Virus record (IMG/VR): IMGVR_UViG_3300035396_000245
Location: 1 to 29,360 of that record
Direction: 5' to 3' (one strand)
Source: a virus
Lineage: Duplodnaviria > Caudoviricetes
DNA length: 29,360 nt
The translations under genes and the position numbers were made by a program. This document shows, in pieces, positions 1 through 11,600 of this stretch. Under the pieces are notes generated by a model that did not search any database, was not told the DNA's origin, and was given only the letters and a program-made list of their open reading frames with translations. Each line of letters begins with the position of its first letter. Positions within the stretch are counted from its first letter, which is position 1.

Positions 1-551
1 AACGCTGCATTGATTGTTTTTAAATCTTCATCCCAAATGGTAGTTGCGTCCACGTTAGGTCTTCTGTTAGCTGCCGTTGTGCTCGCTAGAGTATAAGAAC
101 CATTGGTAATAGTTCCGCTTTCTCTCCATGTACCTGTGGTAAAATGCTCTTGGAAGTGTGCTTGCCATTGCATTAAACCATGGCATTCTCTTAGAGCAAA
201 CTTTTCATTGGTATTATAGATAACTACTGATATTAATAGCTTGTCCATTCCAGGAAATGAATCAGACCACTGATAACCAGTTTCATCATAATAAAACCAA
301 TAGGATTTATCCAAATCAGTTCCATGGGCAACTGATTCATAGCCACTTATCATCGTGGCAACTAAAGCACCATGAAAATAAGCTGTAGTTGTTCCAGTAA
401 CTGTTACTTTTCTTGTAGTATTGTCATAATTAATGACAACTAGGCCAGGATCTACGAATCCAGTTGGTTCATTAGTAACTTCTGATAAATCGTCCAATAC
501 TAGATTGAAGCCAGATAATGCATTAAACTTTTGTTTTAAAGCTAGAGCCAT
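1..551 (-). CDS. Virion/tail-fibre-like protein, N-terminal part (runs off window edge)
   Basis: Not in the ORF track. ATG at 551-549, 2 nt after the stop of the 241-aa gene, and open to the window edge (MALALKQKFNALSGFNLVLDDLSEVTNEPTGFVDPG...). T/G/Y-rich, at the distal end of the structural operon. Confidence 0.65.
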   Translation of the reverse strand, partial: MALALKQKFNALSGFNLVLDDLSEVTNEPTGFVDPGLVVINYDNTTRKVTVTGTTTAYFHGALVATMISGYESVAHGTDLDKSYWFYYDETGYQWSDSFPGMDKLLISVVIYNTNEKFALRECHGLMQWQAHFQEHFTTGTWRESGTITNGSYTLASTTAANRRPNVDATTIWDEDLKTINAA

Positions 552-553
552 AA

Positions 554-1279
554 TTAAACCCTCGCTACACTGGATAGTACCGCTTTAGTTGCATCTGAAT
601 ACGTCAATGTAAGTGTTGCAACTGTAGTTCCACCGCTTCCACCTGTTTTATATGTGTATACATCGGTAGTTGCACCGGCTAGATTAACATCAATATAATC
701 ATATGCTGACGGTATCAAAGCAGACTTATCCACTATTGGTAAATTAGATTGATTACTTGCAAGTGTTACAGGTAAAGATGCTTCCATTAAAGCTTGCCCT
801 TGAGCAGGGATTTTTGCATCTAAGCTTGTAGTATCCGCAGCAATTACAGAAGTATCCACCAATACACTTGCCAAGGTAGTTTGTGTTGCATAATCAACAT
901 CTGCTAAAGTATTAGTATCTGCCAATATTAATGCCGCTGTAACTTCTGTAGCCAGCCCTGTCGTATCTAATGCCTCTACCGCTGTTTTGATAGCTGTGAT
1001 AACAACCATGTTTTCAGTAGATAATGTTACAGGAAAACAATCGATAGCATCAGCAGTGCCCGCTGTATACGCTGCCTCTCCTTGACCTTTCATAATTAAC
1101 TGTGGGACTGCTCTATTGTTTGCAGCAGTTACACTGTCAAAAGTAGCTAATGTAGCTGTACCATTATATGTAAAGCTATTGGAGGCATTGTAATAGCCAG
1201 TACCGTCAGTAAGTCTAACTATTATTGGATCAGCTATTGAGCCGTAAACTCCTGAGCCTGTTATAAATTTTATAGCCAT
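554..1279 (-). CDS. Virion structural protein (fibre/appendage-like)
   Basis: 241-aa ORF, A/T/G-rich, with GQALMEASLPVTLASNQ and a beta-rich C-terminus YTYKTGGSGGTTVATLTLTY. RBS AAGGAA upstream; structural operon context. Confidence 0.6.
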   Translation of the reverse strand: MAIKFITGSGVYGSIADPIIVRLTDGTGYYNASNSFTYNGTATLATFDSVTAANNRAVPQLIMKGQGEAAYTAGTADAIDCFPVTLSTENMVVITAIKTAVEALDTTGLATEVTAALILADTNTLADVDYATQTTLASVLVDTSVIAADTTSLDAKIPAQGQALMEASLPVTLASNQSNLPIVDKSALIPSAYDYIDVNLAGATTDVYTYKTGGSGGTTVATLTLTYSDATKAVLSSVARV

Positions 1280-1289
1280 TTCTAGTTCC

Positions 1290-1658
1290 TTATTCTTTTA
1301 TATAGCCAACAAAGATAACATTAGTTGTAGCACCAGCAGTTCCTACTGTAGCAGCTAGAAATTTAACTCTTAGATATTTAAAGAATGTATCATCTTTTGC
1401 CATCCAAATTAATGATTCCCCGCCGCTATTAAAAGCTAAATAAGAATCAGGAACGGTTACCCAATTAGTTCCATCTAAAGATGTCTCTAAATTAGCCGTA
1501 CCTCCCGCATCTTCTCCAACCCCATATACCAAGTTAGCTTGAATACTGAATCCTGAGAACTCTTCTACTGATATTCTATTAGTAAATAAACCAGTAGTTG
1601 TATTATCTAATGATAATCCAGTTGCTAATTCTAACGTACTTTTCCCTTGCTTACTCAT
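1290..1658 (-). CDS. Small beta-sandwich virion protein
   Basis: 122-aa ORF with SIQA...LETSLDGTNW...YLRVKF, a pattern typical of small beta-sandwich virion proteins. Overlaps the upstream stop; RBS GGAG. Confidence 0.55.
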   Translation of the reverse strand: MSKQGKSTLELATGLSLDNTTTGLFTNRISVEEFSGFSIQANLVYGVGEDAGGTANLETSLDGTNWVTVPDSYLAFNSGGESLIWMAKDDTFFKYLRVKFLAATVGTAGATTNVIFVGYIKE

Positions 1659-2964
1659 TGTTCTCTCCCTCTTCGATTGTTTTGAGTTCTTTCAATAGCT
1701 CAATAATGCCCGCTTTGGATGCTGACCTTATTTTATCAGTGTACTTTGGATTAGTAAAATTTTCATAAAAGGTGTTTGCATATCTTGCCAACAGTGGGTC
1801 TTTTAATCGCTTCAGTACTGTCCCTATGGTTTTTAGTTCTGCTTCTATCCGGTATTTATTTTCTATCCTTGGAATCTTCTTTGCTAAATCATATTTAGGT
1901 GCAATTTGTTCATCTAATGATTTAATAGCGCTAACAGCTTCAGGGTTGACTTTACCAGCCTGTCCTAACATTTCATCTTTAAGCATTCGTTCCGAATATT
2001 GCCTAGCTTTTGCACTTGCACTATCCGCAGCTGTTAAACCTTTACCATATTTTTCAGCCAGCCCTTTTTGAATATCTCTTGCTTGCCCAATATTGCCACC
2101 ATCTGCTAATTGACTTTTAGACAAATCTTCTAAAACTGAATCATAGCCTCTGACTAAGTCCCCTTTAGCTAGCTTTTCTGCTTCATTCCTCTTTGCTAAA
2201 ATGTCATTAAAAACATCAGTAGAAGAGAACGGGACATTGGATATTTCAGAATACCTATCTCCAAGTTCTTCCCCTATATTCGCTATATCTTTTGTAAGCT
2301 TTCCTTTTTTAACTCCGCCTATAATGTTTATATAATCTCTTAATTCAGAAGCCATAGTATCTTGCTTAGCGGGTTTCATTTTTAATTGTTCGCTAGGGGA
2401 TAAATTTAAAGTTGCTTTGGCTCTACTTTGTGCAAGCCTATCCATTGCTGGTACTATGGTTCTTTTGCCTACTTCGCCAACTCCTTTTAGAAGCCCTCCC
2501 ACTAGTCCACCAGTAGCCGTATCTTTTAGCATCCCGGAAACATCTTCAGCTTCAGAAGCTCCAAGCCCTGTCAAAGCAGATTGAGCAATAATTCCGCCGG
2601 GTAGTTTATTAACTGGGGAGATAATACTTCCAGCCATGTTAGCGGCATTATAAGGTATAGGATATTCTTTTTTTGCTTGTAGGAATCTTTCTCTAGCAGC
2701 ATCTCTACCTTGAGTATAAGTTTCACCGGGCCTCGTAGGTAAACTAGCTAAACCATATGCTTCATCGGCCCAATCAGAGGATACTCCCTGAATACCACCT
2801 AAAGCAGCAGATTCAGTTAGAGATGGAGAATTGTCCCGTTTATTTATTCCTACTTTCAAAAGGTCTTCAGTAGACAGTTTTCTAGGAACATCCTGAATAC
2901 CTTCGGATGGATTCTTGATTCCAAGTTTCTTTAACTCTTCGGTGCTTATTCCCATAAATCCCAA
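1651..2964 (-). CDS. Putative internal virion/DNA ejection protein
   Basis: 437 aa with G/A-rich amphipathic segments (ALGGIQG, GGLVGGLLKGVGEVG) followed by helical K/E-rich sequence. Last of four such genes after the portal. Confidence 0.55.
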   Translation of the reverse strand: MGFMGISTEELKKLGIKNPSEGIQDVPRKLSTEDLLKVGINKRDNSPSLTESAALGGIQGVSSDWADEAYGLASLPTRPGETYTQGRDAARERFLQAKKEYPIPYNAANMAGSIISPVNKLPGGIIAQSALTGLGASEAEDVSGMLKDTATGGLVGGLLKGVGEVGKRTIVPAMDRLAQSRAKATLNLSPSEQLKMKPAKQDTMASELRDYINIIGGVKKGKLTKDIANIGEELGDRYSEISNVPFSSTDVFNDILAKRNEAEKLAKGDLVRGYDSVLEDLSKSQLADGGNIGQARDIQKGLAEKYGKGLTAADSASAKARQYSERMLKDEMLGQAGKVNPEAVSAIKSLDEQIAPKYDLAKKIPRIENKYRIEAELKTIGTVLKRLKDPLLARYANTFYENFTNPKYTDKIRSASKAGIIELLKELKTIEEGENNE

Positions 2965-4220
2965 TCCTTCCCATTAAACTTGTATTTTCTGCCATCGTTT
3001 GCTTCCACTACTTGTCCTACATTGAACTCATTAACATTCATCTCAGGCTGAGGCTCCTCAGTTGGTTGTGTTTTATATGGAGTAGCATCATAGCCTTCAT
3101 TTTCAATTTGTTGTAAATGTAAACTGTTAATATTATTCAAATCTTGAAGATATTTTACCATTTTTGCTTTAAAGTTTTCAGGAGTATCTCCCATATTAGG
3201 CATAGCTTTTCTTAGTCGCTCTGCTTCAGAAGGAGTAATAGCTCCACCAGATATCATATTATTATAAGCATTAGTCATTTGAAGAATTGCAGATTGAGCT
3301 TCAGCCCCTTTGGATGTCCTAGCTATATCTGGAATTAATGAACTCCCTAAGCCAGTATACACATTTTGTGCAATCTTGGCGGCTTCTTGTGCCCTGTATA
3401 TAGCTTCAGATCTATCCTGTAATTTGTTTCTATCCATTTGAGGGATTCTAACTGCTTTTTCTTGTGCATTGCCAGCTGATAATCTAGCTTTTTCCATATC
3501 AACGCCTAGTTTCTGTTGAGCTAATCGAGCATCTTCTCTTCTAGCAGCATCATCAATAATAGCTTTATATGCAGGATTCTTAGCTGCAAATTGAGATACT
3601 GATTCAGAGTCAGAGACAGGAAGGCCGATATTCTTTAGTTTCTGAATAAGTTCAGGACTATAAGATTCTTCTTTGAATCTCTCTCTACCTAGATTAATGT
3701 CACTAGTTGTAGCGTCATTGGATAACATCCTTTGTTCATAAGGAGCATTGGAATATTTCAAGAATTTATCCGCAGCTAAATCCTGTCTTTCTAAAGACTT
3801 ATCTGCTTCTGCTTTTCTTGTATCCAGCATTCCTGTCATATCTTTATTGGATTTATCTAAGAATCCGCTAAGATATTCAGGAGCTGCTTTGCCTTGTACC
3901 GAACCTGCCATGTTAGCAGATTTGGACAATAAGCCCATCAAATCCTTCAATGAACCAGCATTTTGAACCTGATTTTTAAACTCATCTGAGTAATCTTTAA
4001 CTACTGGCTGTCTATATTGGCTCAAGTAATTACCTTTAATTTCATCTAAAGGGTCAACATATTGACCAGAAATCGTCTCTTCTTCTGGATTAACATTGGT
4101 TATAGCTGAAGGGTCAACAGGCATTGTAAATTTAGTAGCCTGACTCATATCTTCTTCTACATCAGGAGGATCCCAAGGTGTTTTAAACTTATTTACAAAC
4201 TGATTATAAGGTGTTGCCAT
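2946..4220 (-). CDS. Putative internal virion/DNA ejection protein
   Basis: 424 aa, helical/coiled-coil, with SGGAITPSEAERL and a short C-terminal GQVVEANDGRKYKFNGKDW module. RBS GGAG. Confidence 0.55.
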   Translation of the reverse strand: MATPYNQFVNKFKTPWDPPDVEEDMSQATKFTMPVDPSAITNVNPEEETISGQYVDPLDEIKGNYLSQYRQPVVKDYSDEFKNQVQNAGSLKDLMGLLSKSANMAGSVQGKAAPEYLSGFLDKSNKDMTGMLDTRKAEADKSLERQDLAADKFLKYSNAPYEQRMLSNDATTSDINLGRERFKEESYSPELIQKLKNIGLPVSDSESVSQFAAKNPAYKAIIDDAARREDARLAQQKLGVDMEKARLSAGNAQEKAVRIPQMDRNKLQDRSEAIYRAQEAAKIAQNVYTGLGSSLIPDIARTSKGAEAQSAILQMTNAYNNMISGGAITPSEAERLRKAMPNMGDTPENFKAKMVKYLQDLNNINSLHLQQIENEGYDATPYKTQPTEEPQPEMNVNEFNVGQVVEANDGRKYKFNGKDWDLWE

Positions 4221-4231
4221 AATTTCTCCAA

Positions 4232-5305
4232 TTAATTTTTATAGCCTTGTTGTTTTCTCCAAGACTGATATTCATTCCATTCTGGCGTTTCATTATACTT
4301 TGGCTGTTGAGCTGCATTTTCTCTGGTTTTATAATCAGCATATGTACTAGCTGCCCCGCCAATACCTTGGCCTATTGCAGATATTCCTTGATTTCTCAAA
4401 GCTGCATTATTATAAGCAGATTGCTGAGCCGCTTGGCTTTGTCCACTTTGTACACCTATCTTATTCATTTCATTATCATATTGCTGTTGTTTCATCTGAT
4501 TGCCGTAATCACGGTTATCATAAGTAGCTACATTTCTTGCGGTAACATTCTTATCAGCTACATTCTGAGATAAATTCTGATTAGCTAATTGAGCATTCCA
4601 TCTTTGGCCTGCATTGTATTCATTAGCTCGCATGGCATTTTCTGCAGCTCTTTGGTTGAACGAATTGATAATTCCAGCATTAATCTTTTCTAAGTCAACG
4701 TCTTGACTATACATTTGTCCGCCAAGATCCGCTGCCTGTCCCATAGCTGCTTGCTGTCTTGCAAACTGATCGGCCGCTGATTGCTGTCCAGATAATGCTT
4801 GAGCTGTTTGAGCGTCTCCTACTGCTGCCATATTGCCGGCAAACTGTAGCCCTGAGTTCATAGCCCCACGTCTAGCAAACTGGTCTGTCAATGAAGCTCT
4901 ATTGGAAGCTGCTGTTCCTGCTGCATTTCTTGCAGCCATATTCTGAGCTAATTGGTACATAGGATCTGTACCACTTTCGGATTGACTCATTAATCTGTCT
5001 AAAACTGACCTTTGAGCGTCTCTGCCTTTAACAGCTCCAGCGGAATAAGCTTTAACCATCTGTGGTGCTTTTTCTTCAATAATTGGAACTAATTCAGGTG
5101 TATAGCTTGCAACTACCTTAAATTCTTCAGGTGTTATTGTGTTTATATCAAAATCAGGGCTTTGTACTTTTTCAAGTAGTTCCTGCATTCTTTGTAATTC
5201 TTCATCTGATGCTTGCTGTGCAGCTCTTGAACTAAACCATTGGGAAATACCCGATGCTAGTTGAACTCCTGCACCTGCTAACAAGGCTATTGATACTGGA
5301 TCCAT
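4232..5305 (-). CDS. Putative DNA ejection/pilot protein
   Basis: Hydrophobic G/A N-terminus MDPVSIALLAGAGVQLASGISQWF followed by a Q/A/N-rich helical body, the composition typical of podoviral ejection proteins (P22 gp7/T7 gp14 type). RBS GGAG. Confidence 0.65.
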   Translation of the reverse strand: MDPVSIALLAGAGVQLASGISQWFSSRAAQQASDEELQRMQELLEKVQSPDFDINTITPEEFKVVASYTPELVPIIEEKAPQMVKAYSAGAVKGRDAQRSVLDRLMSQSESGTDPMYQLAQNMAARNAAGTAASNRASLTDQFARRGAMNSGLQFAGNMAAVGDAQTAQALSGQQSAADQFARQQAAMGQAADLGGQMYSQDVDLEKINAGIINSFNQRAAENAMRANEYNAGQRWNAQLANQNLSQNVADKNVTARNVATYDNRDYGNQMKQQQYDNEMNKIGVQSGQSQAAQQSAYNNAALRNQGISAIGQGIGGAASTYADYKTRENAAQQPKYNETPEWNEYQSWRKQQGYKN

Positions 5306-5315
5306 TGTTTATCTC

Positions 5316-6569
5316 CTAAAAATTAAATTTCTTAGAACTTCCTTTAAAACTACCTGTTGTTGGTTGCTTATAGTTGGTTGACTTAGTTTGTTCAGTAGGT
5401 TCTTGAAATGTTTCTGCAAATCCTTCATACATTGGTTCTGGATATTGTCTTCCTTCTAACCAGTTGGACAATGCTACTGCCGGAGAGGCTATATAATCCC
5501 CAAACTTATTAACTTGTTCGGGTTTTCCTGTAGGTGCTAAATCTATCTTCTGTGAAGTAGCTCCAGAACCAATAGTTGCAGGATTTCCTGCTGATGGATA
5601 TTTATAGTTATTTACTGTTGGCTCTACTGTTTCTTTTTGTAATACTTTAGTAGGGGTTACAGTAGTATTTAGAGGATTAAACCCGCCATCTAAAGTATAA
5701 TTTCCAGTTAAAGAATCAGAAGACATCATCGGCTGACCTCCCCCGATACTTTTAGCAATTCTTTCAATATTTGCAGCTTGTGCAGCTTGTGCGGCTTTGG
5801 CTGCTGCTGCTAGTTCTTCTCTTCTAGCTGTTTCTGAGAATCTGTTTACTTGGTCTTCTTTTTGCCTTGAACCGCCGATATAATCTAACAATTGATTAGC
5901 ATATGAATTATACCCAGAATTATCCCTATAGGCTGCCGATGGTGCATCTATACTTAATGGGTTTTCAGGAGTGTTATATCTTCTAGCCGCTTGAGATAAA
6001 TCGTATAAACTGTTTTCCCTATTTCCCCATAAAGCACTTTTGTTCTGAGTATCTTGTCCAATTGTCTTACCTATTAAGCCGCTTCTATTAGCTAAGGCTG
6101 CATCTAATACACCCATTCCTGAGCTATAGTTATCACCTTTAGGTTTTAATAAACTCTGAGCTGAAGCGGTTACATTCGGATTTCTAAAAGTATTACCTAT
6201 CTTTGAAGTAGGATCTTTAAAAGACACATCACCATAATCAAAGTTACCTGTATCGGTGATTAGGTCTTTGTCTGTCATTGTATTATAATTTCTAGTTGGA
6301 GCATCTAAAGCTTTACCAATAGTTGCTAACTGATCAGTATCCTGCTCGATGTTTCTTGCATTATCCTTTTGGCCTATTTCGTCTAGCCTATTACCAACCG
6401 CTAGATTCTGATTCCCTCGGTTAGCGTTCATCACATCCATTGGAGAGGTGAAGGTTGACTGTCTGTTAACTTGGTTTGGAGTAGCTCCACCGGGAACTAC
6501 CATTGACGACCCACGTTTAGCATCATCTTGAGCTGCTTTGTTAGTCTGTCGGTTTAGAACGTATGCCAT
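5316..6569 (-). CDS. Putative internal virion protein
   Basis: 417 aa, N/T/Q-rich, with an AAAAKAAQAAQAA helix. Start overlaps the portal stop (TAATG); RBS GGAGG. Confidence 0.5.
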   Translation of the reverse strand: MAYVLNRQTNKAAQDDAKRGSSMVVPGGATPNQVNRQSTFTSPMDVMNANRGNQNLAVGNRLDEIGQKDNARNIEQDTDQLATIGKALDAPTRNYNTMTDKDLITDTGNFDYGDVSFKDPTSKIGNTFRNPNVTASAQSLLKPKGDNYSSGMGVLDAALANRSGLIGKTIGQDTQNKSALWGNRENSLYDLSQAARRYNTPENPLSIDAPSAAYRDNSGYNSYANQLLDYIGGSRQKEDQVNRFSETARREELAAAAKAAQAAQAANIERIAKSIGGGQPMMSSDSLTGNYTLDGGFNPLNTTVTPTKVLQKETVEPTVNNYKYPSAGNPATIGSGATSQKIDLAPTGKPEQVNKFGDYIASPAVALSNWLEGRQYPEPMYEGFAETFQEPTEQTKSTNYKQPTTGSFKGSSKKFNF

Positions 6570-8608
6570 TACATGACCTCCATGCCGATTGGCTGTTGTA
6601 CATCAGTATTTTGCTGCGGTTGTGCAGGTTGTGCAGGTTTTGATAGTTTTCCGCCTTTTGGATCTTCTTTTTCAGTTCCGGGGGGCGTTGGTATTCCTGC
6701 ACCGTTTCCTGAGCCTTGTGATGGCTGCATTTGATTAATATTTTGGGCAGGTTCACCTCTTAAAACGGAAACCATCTGAGCAAGCATTGGATTTGTCATA
6801 ATCGTCATTTCCATGTTCATTCTTTCTTGCATCAAGGCAATTACGGTTTGAACCAGCCGTCCATTAGTCCTTACATATGGATTGTACAACAAAGCTTGAT
6901 AGGATTTTATAAATTTAGGATGATTGTCAAAAATTAGAGGTTGTACTTTGTCGCCGTCTAAGATTGCATCAGTCTCAGCTTGGATTGCCGTCTGTTCCGT
7001 TATCGAGTCTTTGTAAAGAACTGAAACATCTTGGCCTTCCAAAATCTGGAAGTACATTTCTGGATTCTTCAATAATCCATTTTGTAATAAGCTGTCAGCT
7101 ACTTGGATTCTACCAGACGATGAACTTAACATTGGACTCATTGTGCTTACTTTGATTTTATTCAAGCTTTTGATATCTGAATCTTTAAACTGTTTTGCGT
7201 AAGTAATATTACCTATTCCAACAATATCAACTAATTGTTCCATTGAAGAGAATAGTTTGAAATTCTTAATAGCTTGGTTCACTACCTTTTCAATTAGCAA
7301 TGTAATTGATTTCTGAGCCGAAGTTAAGAACTCCATAGCGTTAGCGGACAATGTAGCGGCCATCGCACCTGATGAAACGTTAGCAGGTGGCTGACCTCTT
7401 AACGTATCGTTAATCATTGAGATATTACCTAAATAGGTATTCATGTCTCGCATAAAGTTGCCAACTTCAGGAGGAGTTGTTGGCATTTCTAAAGGCTTAG
7501 GAATACCGCCGCCTTCTGCCTGTTGTTCTGAATAATAAATTGCATTTAATCCAGAAGACAGAGCTTCTGTAGATATATCGCTACCCCTTGGAACTAATAA
7601 GGATTGAACTCCAAATGCACTTTGGTTACTAGCTTGAACAGATGCGGAATGATCCAACATCTCTTGAGCTGGTAGCAAGTTGCTGAACATTGGGTAGCCC
7701 AATGAGGTATTATTAATCTTTTCAAATATTAAAGGAAATACAGGTATACATTCATAAGGGTTCACATCATCATAAAATATCGTCCCTACTGACCCATAAG
7801 CAACCATTCTTCCTTCTGGAACAGCCGGGGTTTTTCTATGATAAAATTCATATACATAAATCATATCGTCATTATCAAATTCACTCAATACGCCGTAATT
7901 AGTTAAACCTTGTCTTGAATCTTTTACGCTTGGTAAAGAAGCAATCTCATCAGCTAATTCCTCGTATTGACTCATTAAGTCATATCTATTTCTTTTACGT
8001 TTAATTGTAATCCAGTCAAGATTATTAATGTCCTCACAAGACCAGTCGTAGACAACATCTAACATGTCATGGACTTCTATTTGATCATCCCCTGAATACA
8101 TTGGATTGCCTTCAGGTGTCTTGGCATAAATATAACCAGCGTCACTTCTCCAAGTAGAAGAAATGAAACAAGCACCAAGGACAGCAGTCTTTTCCGCTGC
8201 TGCTGCAATCTTTTCATCCAGATTATGTTTAGCTTTAATGTCTTCACACAAAGCCTTACCTATTCTTGCTGTCTGCATAGGTATAGCATCTGTGCTGTTT
8301 GTTAATACTTCAAAGTTTAATCTTTGACGGGTAATTAATGTTACAAATTGGGTAGTTAGTGTTCTAGCTACCGGCAATGTTACCTTTACTAATTCGCCCT
8401 GAGAACCCGTAAAACCTAAAGAGGTTGTCCAGCCGTCAGGATTAATTATCGCTGAATAATAAGCAGAATGATTTCTCCAATAGGTTGCAATAACTGCCGA
8501 GAATACCCCCGCAGAGAACCCATTTTTTCCCCAGTTAAGGATGTATTTATCTATCTTAGATATAGCCTCTTCCGCAGGCTTGTTTACAAAGTATGTAGTA
8601 TCCGACAT
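6569..8608 (-). CDS. Portal protein
   Basis: 679 aa with P22-like portal hallmarks: VYEFYH, NPYECIPVFPL, LLPAQEMLD, ISMINDTLRGQPPANVSSGAM and a P/Q-rich disordered C-terminal tail. Confidence 0.82.
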   Translation of the reverse strand: MSDTTYFVNKPAEEAISKIDKYILNWGKNGFSAGVFSAVIATYWRNHSAYYSAIINPDGWTTSLGFTGSQGELVKVTLPVARTLTTQFVTLITRQRLNFEVLTNSTDAIPMQTARIGKALCEDIKAKHNLDEKIAAAAEKTAVLGACFISSTWRSDAGYIYAKTPEGNPMYSGDDQIEVHDMLDVVYDWSCEDINNLDWITIKRKRNRYDLMSQYEELADEIASLPSVKDSRQGLTNYGVLSEFDNDDMIYVYEFYHRKTPAVPEGRMVAYGSVGTIFYDDVNPYECIPVFPLIFEKINNTSLGYPMFSNLLPAQEMLDHSASVQASNQSAFGVQSLLVPRGSDISTEALSSGLNAIYYSEQQAEGGGIPKPLEMPTTPPEVGNFMRDMNTYLGNISMINDTLRGQPPANVSSGAMAATLSANAMEFLTSAQKSITLLIEKVVNQAIKNFKLFSSMEQLVDIVGIGNITYAKQFKDSDIKSLNKIKVSTMSPMLSSSSGRIQVADSLLQNGLLKNPEMYFQILEGQDVSVLYKDSITEQTAIQAETDAILDGDKVQPLIFDNHPKFIKSYQALLYNPYVRTNGRLVQTVIALMQERMNMEMTIMTNPMLAQMVSVLRGEPAQNINQMQPSQGSGNGAGIPTPPGTEKEDPKGGKLSKPAQPAQPQQNTDVQQPIGMEVM

Positions 8609-8610
8609 TT

Positions 8611-11600
8611 TTACCTCGATGTTCTTGAAGTTACTACTTCAGAATATACGCTAATTGATTGTAAGTCTAAAGATTCACCAGCCTTATTGTGAAAAAGCAT
8701 TGGTTGAATGAATGTTCCAACAAAGCAATCTCGTGGAACATATGTTCTGACAACTACCGCTGGTGTTGTATAAAAGTCTTTATTTACTGAATATTCACCA
8801 CCCCAAGGAAACTCACCCCATTCCAATGTACCCCAACCGCCGAATCTTATTAGTTCTTTATCGGTTCCGACGTTTAAATTCCAGAATGTCGGAGTTGTGG
8901 AGTATACATAATCATTGGCAAAGTTTATCTCTAACTTGGTACAGCTAGAATTATTCTTAAAGCTGGCTGCAAATTCTGAATAATACTTTAATTCCGATGG
9001 TTTATCTAATGATATAGGACTGAATCTAACTATTGAAGATATTCCAGAACCTAAGAAAACTAAGTCTCTACTTAATCCCGAATAAGTCGCAGTGGTATAA
9101 ACAACAAAAGTATTGCTATCAAATATAGATACTTCATCAATAGGATATAAATCAGCTCCATTAATCAATCCGTCCCCAATTAATGGCTGAACGCCTTCAG
9201 TTAGAGTTATCGTTATGTAGTTATAATTTCTATTACCATCTGATATTGTCAATGTAGCTGTCTCGTCACCAGAAGCTGAAACTGTAGTTGTCATAGTAAA
9301 GCTAGTTAAACTTGTTACATTAACCGCTGCAATTGTAGGAATGGCTGAGAATACTGTAAAAGTACTAGCATCAATATTAACAGTTTGTCCGTTTATTAAT
9401 CCGTGAGGATATACTGTATTTACTATTATCAGATTTGGGTTAGTTCCAAAATCAACTGAAGCAGCACAATCAAACTCTGACACACCTTCTTGAAAAGATA
9501 ATGTACTGTTAATACTTCCAGTAGCGGCAGAATCCATTATGAATGTAAAGCAATAATCATCAATCCTAGTTACTACCCTTAACCCTTCTACATCAGAAGC
9601 GGCGGTTAAGAATCCAACTATTTCACCATCAACCTCAGATATTGTTACCCTAACTCCCGTTAGTAGTTCATGTGGAACTATAGAAGTTACTATGATAGTT
9701 GAACTACCAGCAATAATTTGAGCGTGGCAGATTATCTTTGCATCTGCTTTTACGCAGAACTCATCTGATAAGTAGTCTGTTTTCTTCTGTAATTTTCTTT
9801 CTTGGTAGATGTAGTTAGTGTCAGAAGCATCTACAGAATACATAACATCTGTTACGTTATCCAAGTAGGCACAAGCAAACACATAACCATCGCCTGAGAA
9901 AGTAGTTATTCCATCAGTAAGATAATTATAAACGTATGTAATATCATTTGTAGTAAGATTAGTATTCGGAGACTTACAAGATAGTAAGTACATTCTTTCA
10001 CTTTCATAAGCTACACCTGAACTTGTTGTTTGTAAATTGGCATCCCCAATAATGGCATTTATTAAAGGTTCAATTGTTCTTGATATTACTCTAATTGATG
10101 AATCTGTAATTTCCACTATTCCTTGATTACTTAGGCAATATACTGAGTTGTTCAATATAACAACCGTATTTTGAGACTTACAGATTACTGTTCCATCTAA
10201 TAAAGTAACGCTGAAATTAGAAACAACATCACCATTTAATCTATATACACCATCTCTTTTTAATATAATTACAGAGTCTCTTAATGGTGCTATTCTTATA
10301 ATTTCTTTATCTCTTGAACCAACGGCCAAGAAGTTAGCAAAAGGTACGGCTTCAGGTTCACCTATCTTTGATATATAGATACCATTAGGTAAATCCGATG
10401 TAGATGATTTAGATTCTGATACAAATACTGCAAAAGGAAATGCTATGAAAGATAGGTTTGGATTAAACGCCGCTGCCGTATCCACATCACCAGCAAATAC
10501 ATAAAAGTCATCAATGAAATCTTTTGCAATAAACTGCATCTTTCCGGGAATATCATTAACTGTACTTACATAGGAGCCGTAAACTACCGCTCCAGCATCA
10601 GCATTGATTCCTTCAAGGATATGCCTAGCTGTTCTATCTATGGACTGAGCTACTGAGACAGTTCCTGATGTCTTTTCTACTTGAATATATTTCTTAACAT
10701 AGGTAACAGCACCACCACCAAATACTCCGGGAAATAGAACTGAGAACGTATTAGGCCCTAGAACTGTTACTGTATAGTTTCCAGCTAAAACCGGAGTCTT
10801 GATATAAATCTGATCTAGTGAACTCAACCCATGGGTAACTTCAGTTATTGTAAGTACCCCTATGGCAAGTACACCAACCCCTGAAACTGTAGGGCAATTT
10901 TGTGTTACCGCTGTACTAAGTCTATAATAAGAACCGGCGGTATAGAGATAAGTATTATTTGTTATCTTATCTGCTGATAATAGGTTTAATTCAAATACTG
11001 GATATTGTTTACAGTTTGCATAAAACAAATGATTTTTGAATAAAGAAATATCTAAAGCTAAAGGAGGTCTATCATTCGCTTGCAATGAACCTTCTTGATT
11101 GGAGTTGGTATACAGAAATGTACCACCAACCAGCTCAGAAGGGACTTCATCAAGATACTCAACATATCCAGCAGTTATCTGTGATGAGGTTAAATTCTTT
11201 TCTTCAATCAATCTATAGTCATCTAATGACGTTGGAGCTGTTGGAGTTGTCCTGTAAACTCTGTAAAAATATTCTGTACTTGTTATCTCAGAAGGTATTG
11301 AGAATTTAATTTTTACACATTTCTGTAACATAAAGCTAAAAGCTGTGACTGTAGTATATCCAAGCCCTGATAGGTCTATAGAGAAATTACTGGCATCAAC
11401 TTTAGTTATTGAATAAGGAGTTCCAACTGCCGGAGGTGTCCCAGTTGCTCCAGTTATTGCATAGAAATAAAGCAAATCTCCGTTTTCAAAACCATGTGTT
11501 GCTTTTCCTATTGTTAATATGTTTGCAGCAAATGAAGCTATCGTCCAACCTGTAGAAGGAATAGCTGTCACATCATCATTAGCCACTGTTATGTAATCGC

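Noticed and set aside
6618-6639. Tandem GGTTGTGCA repeat
   Set aside because: Simply encodes PAQPAQP in the disordered portal tail.
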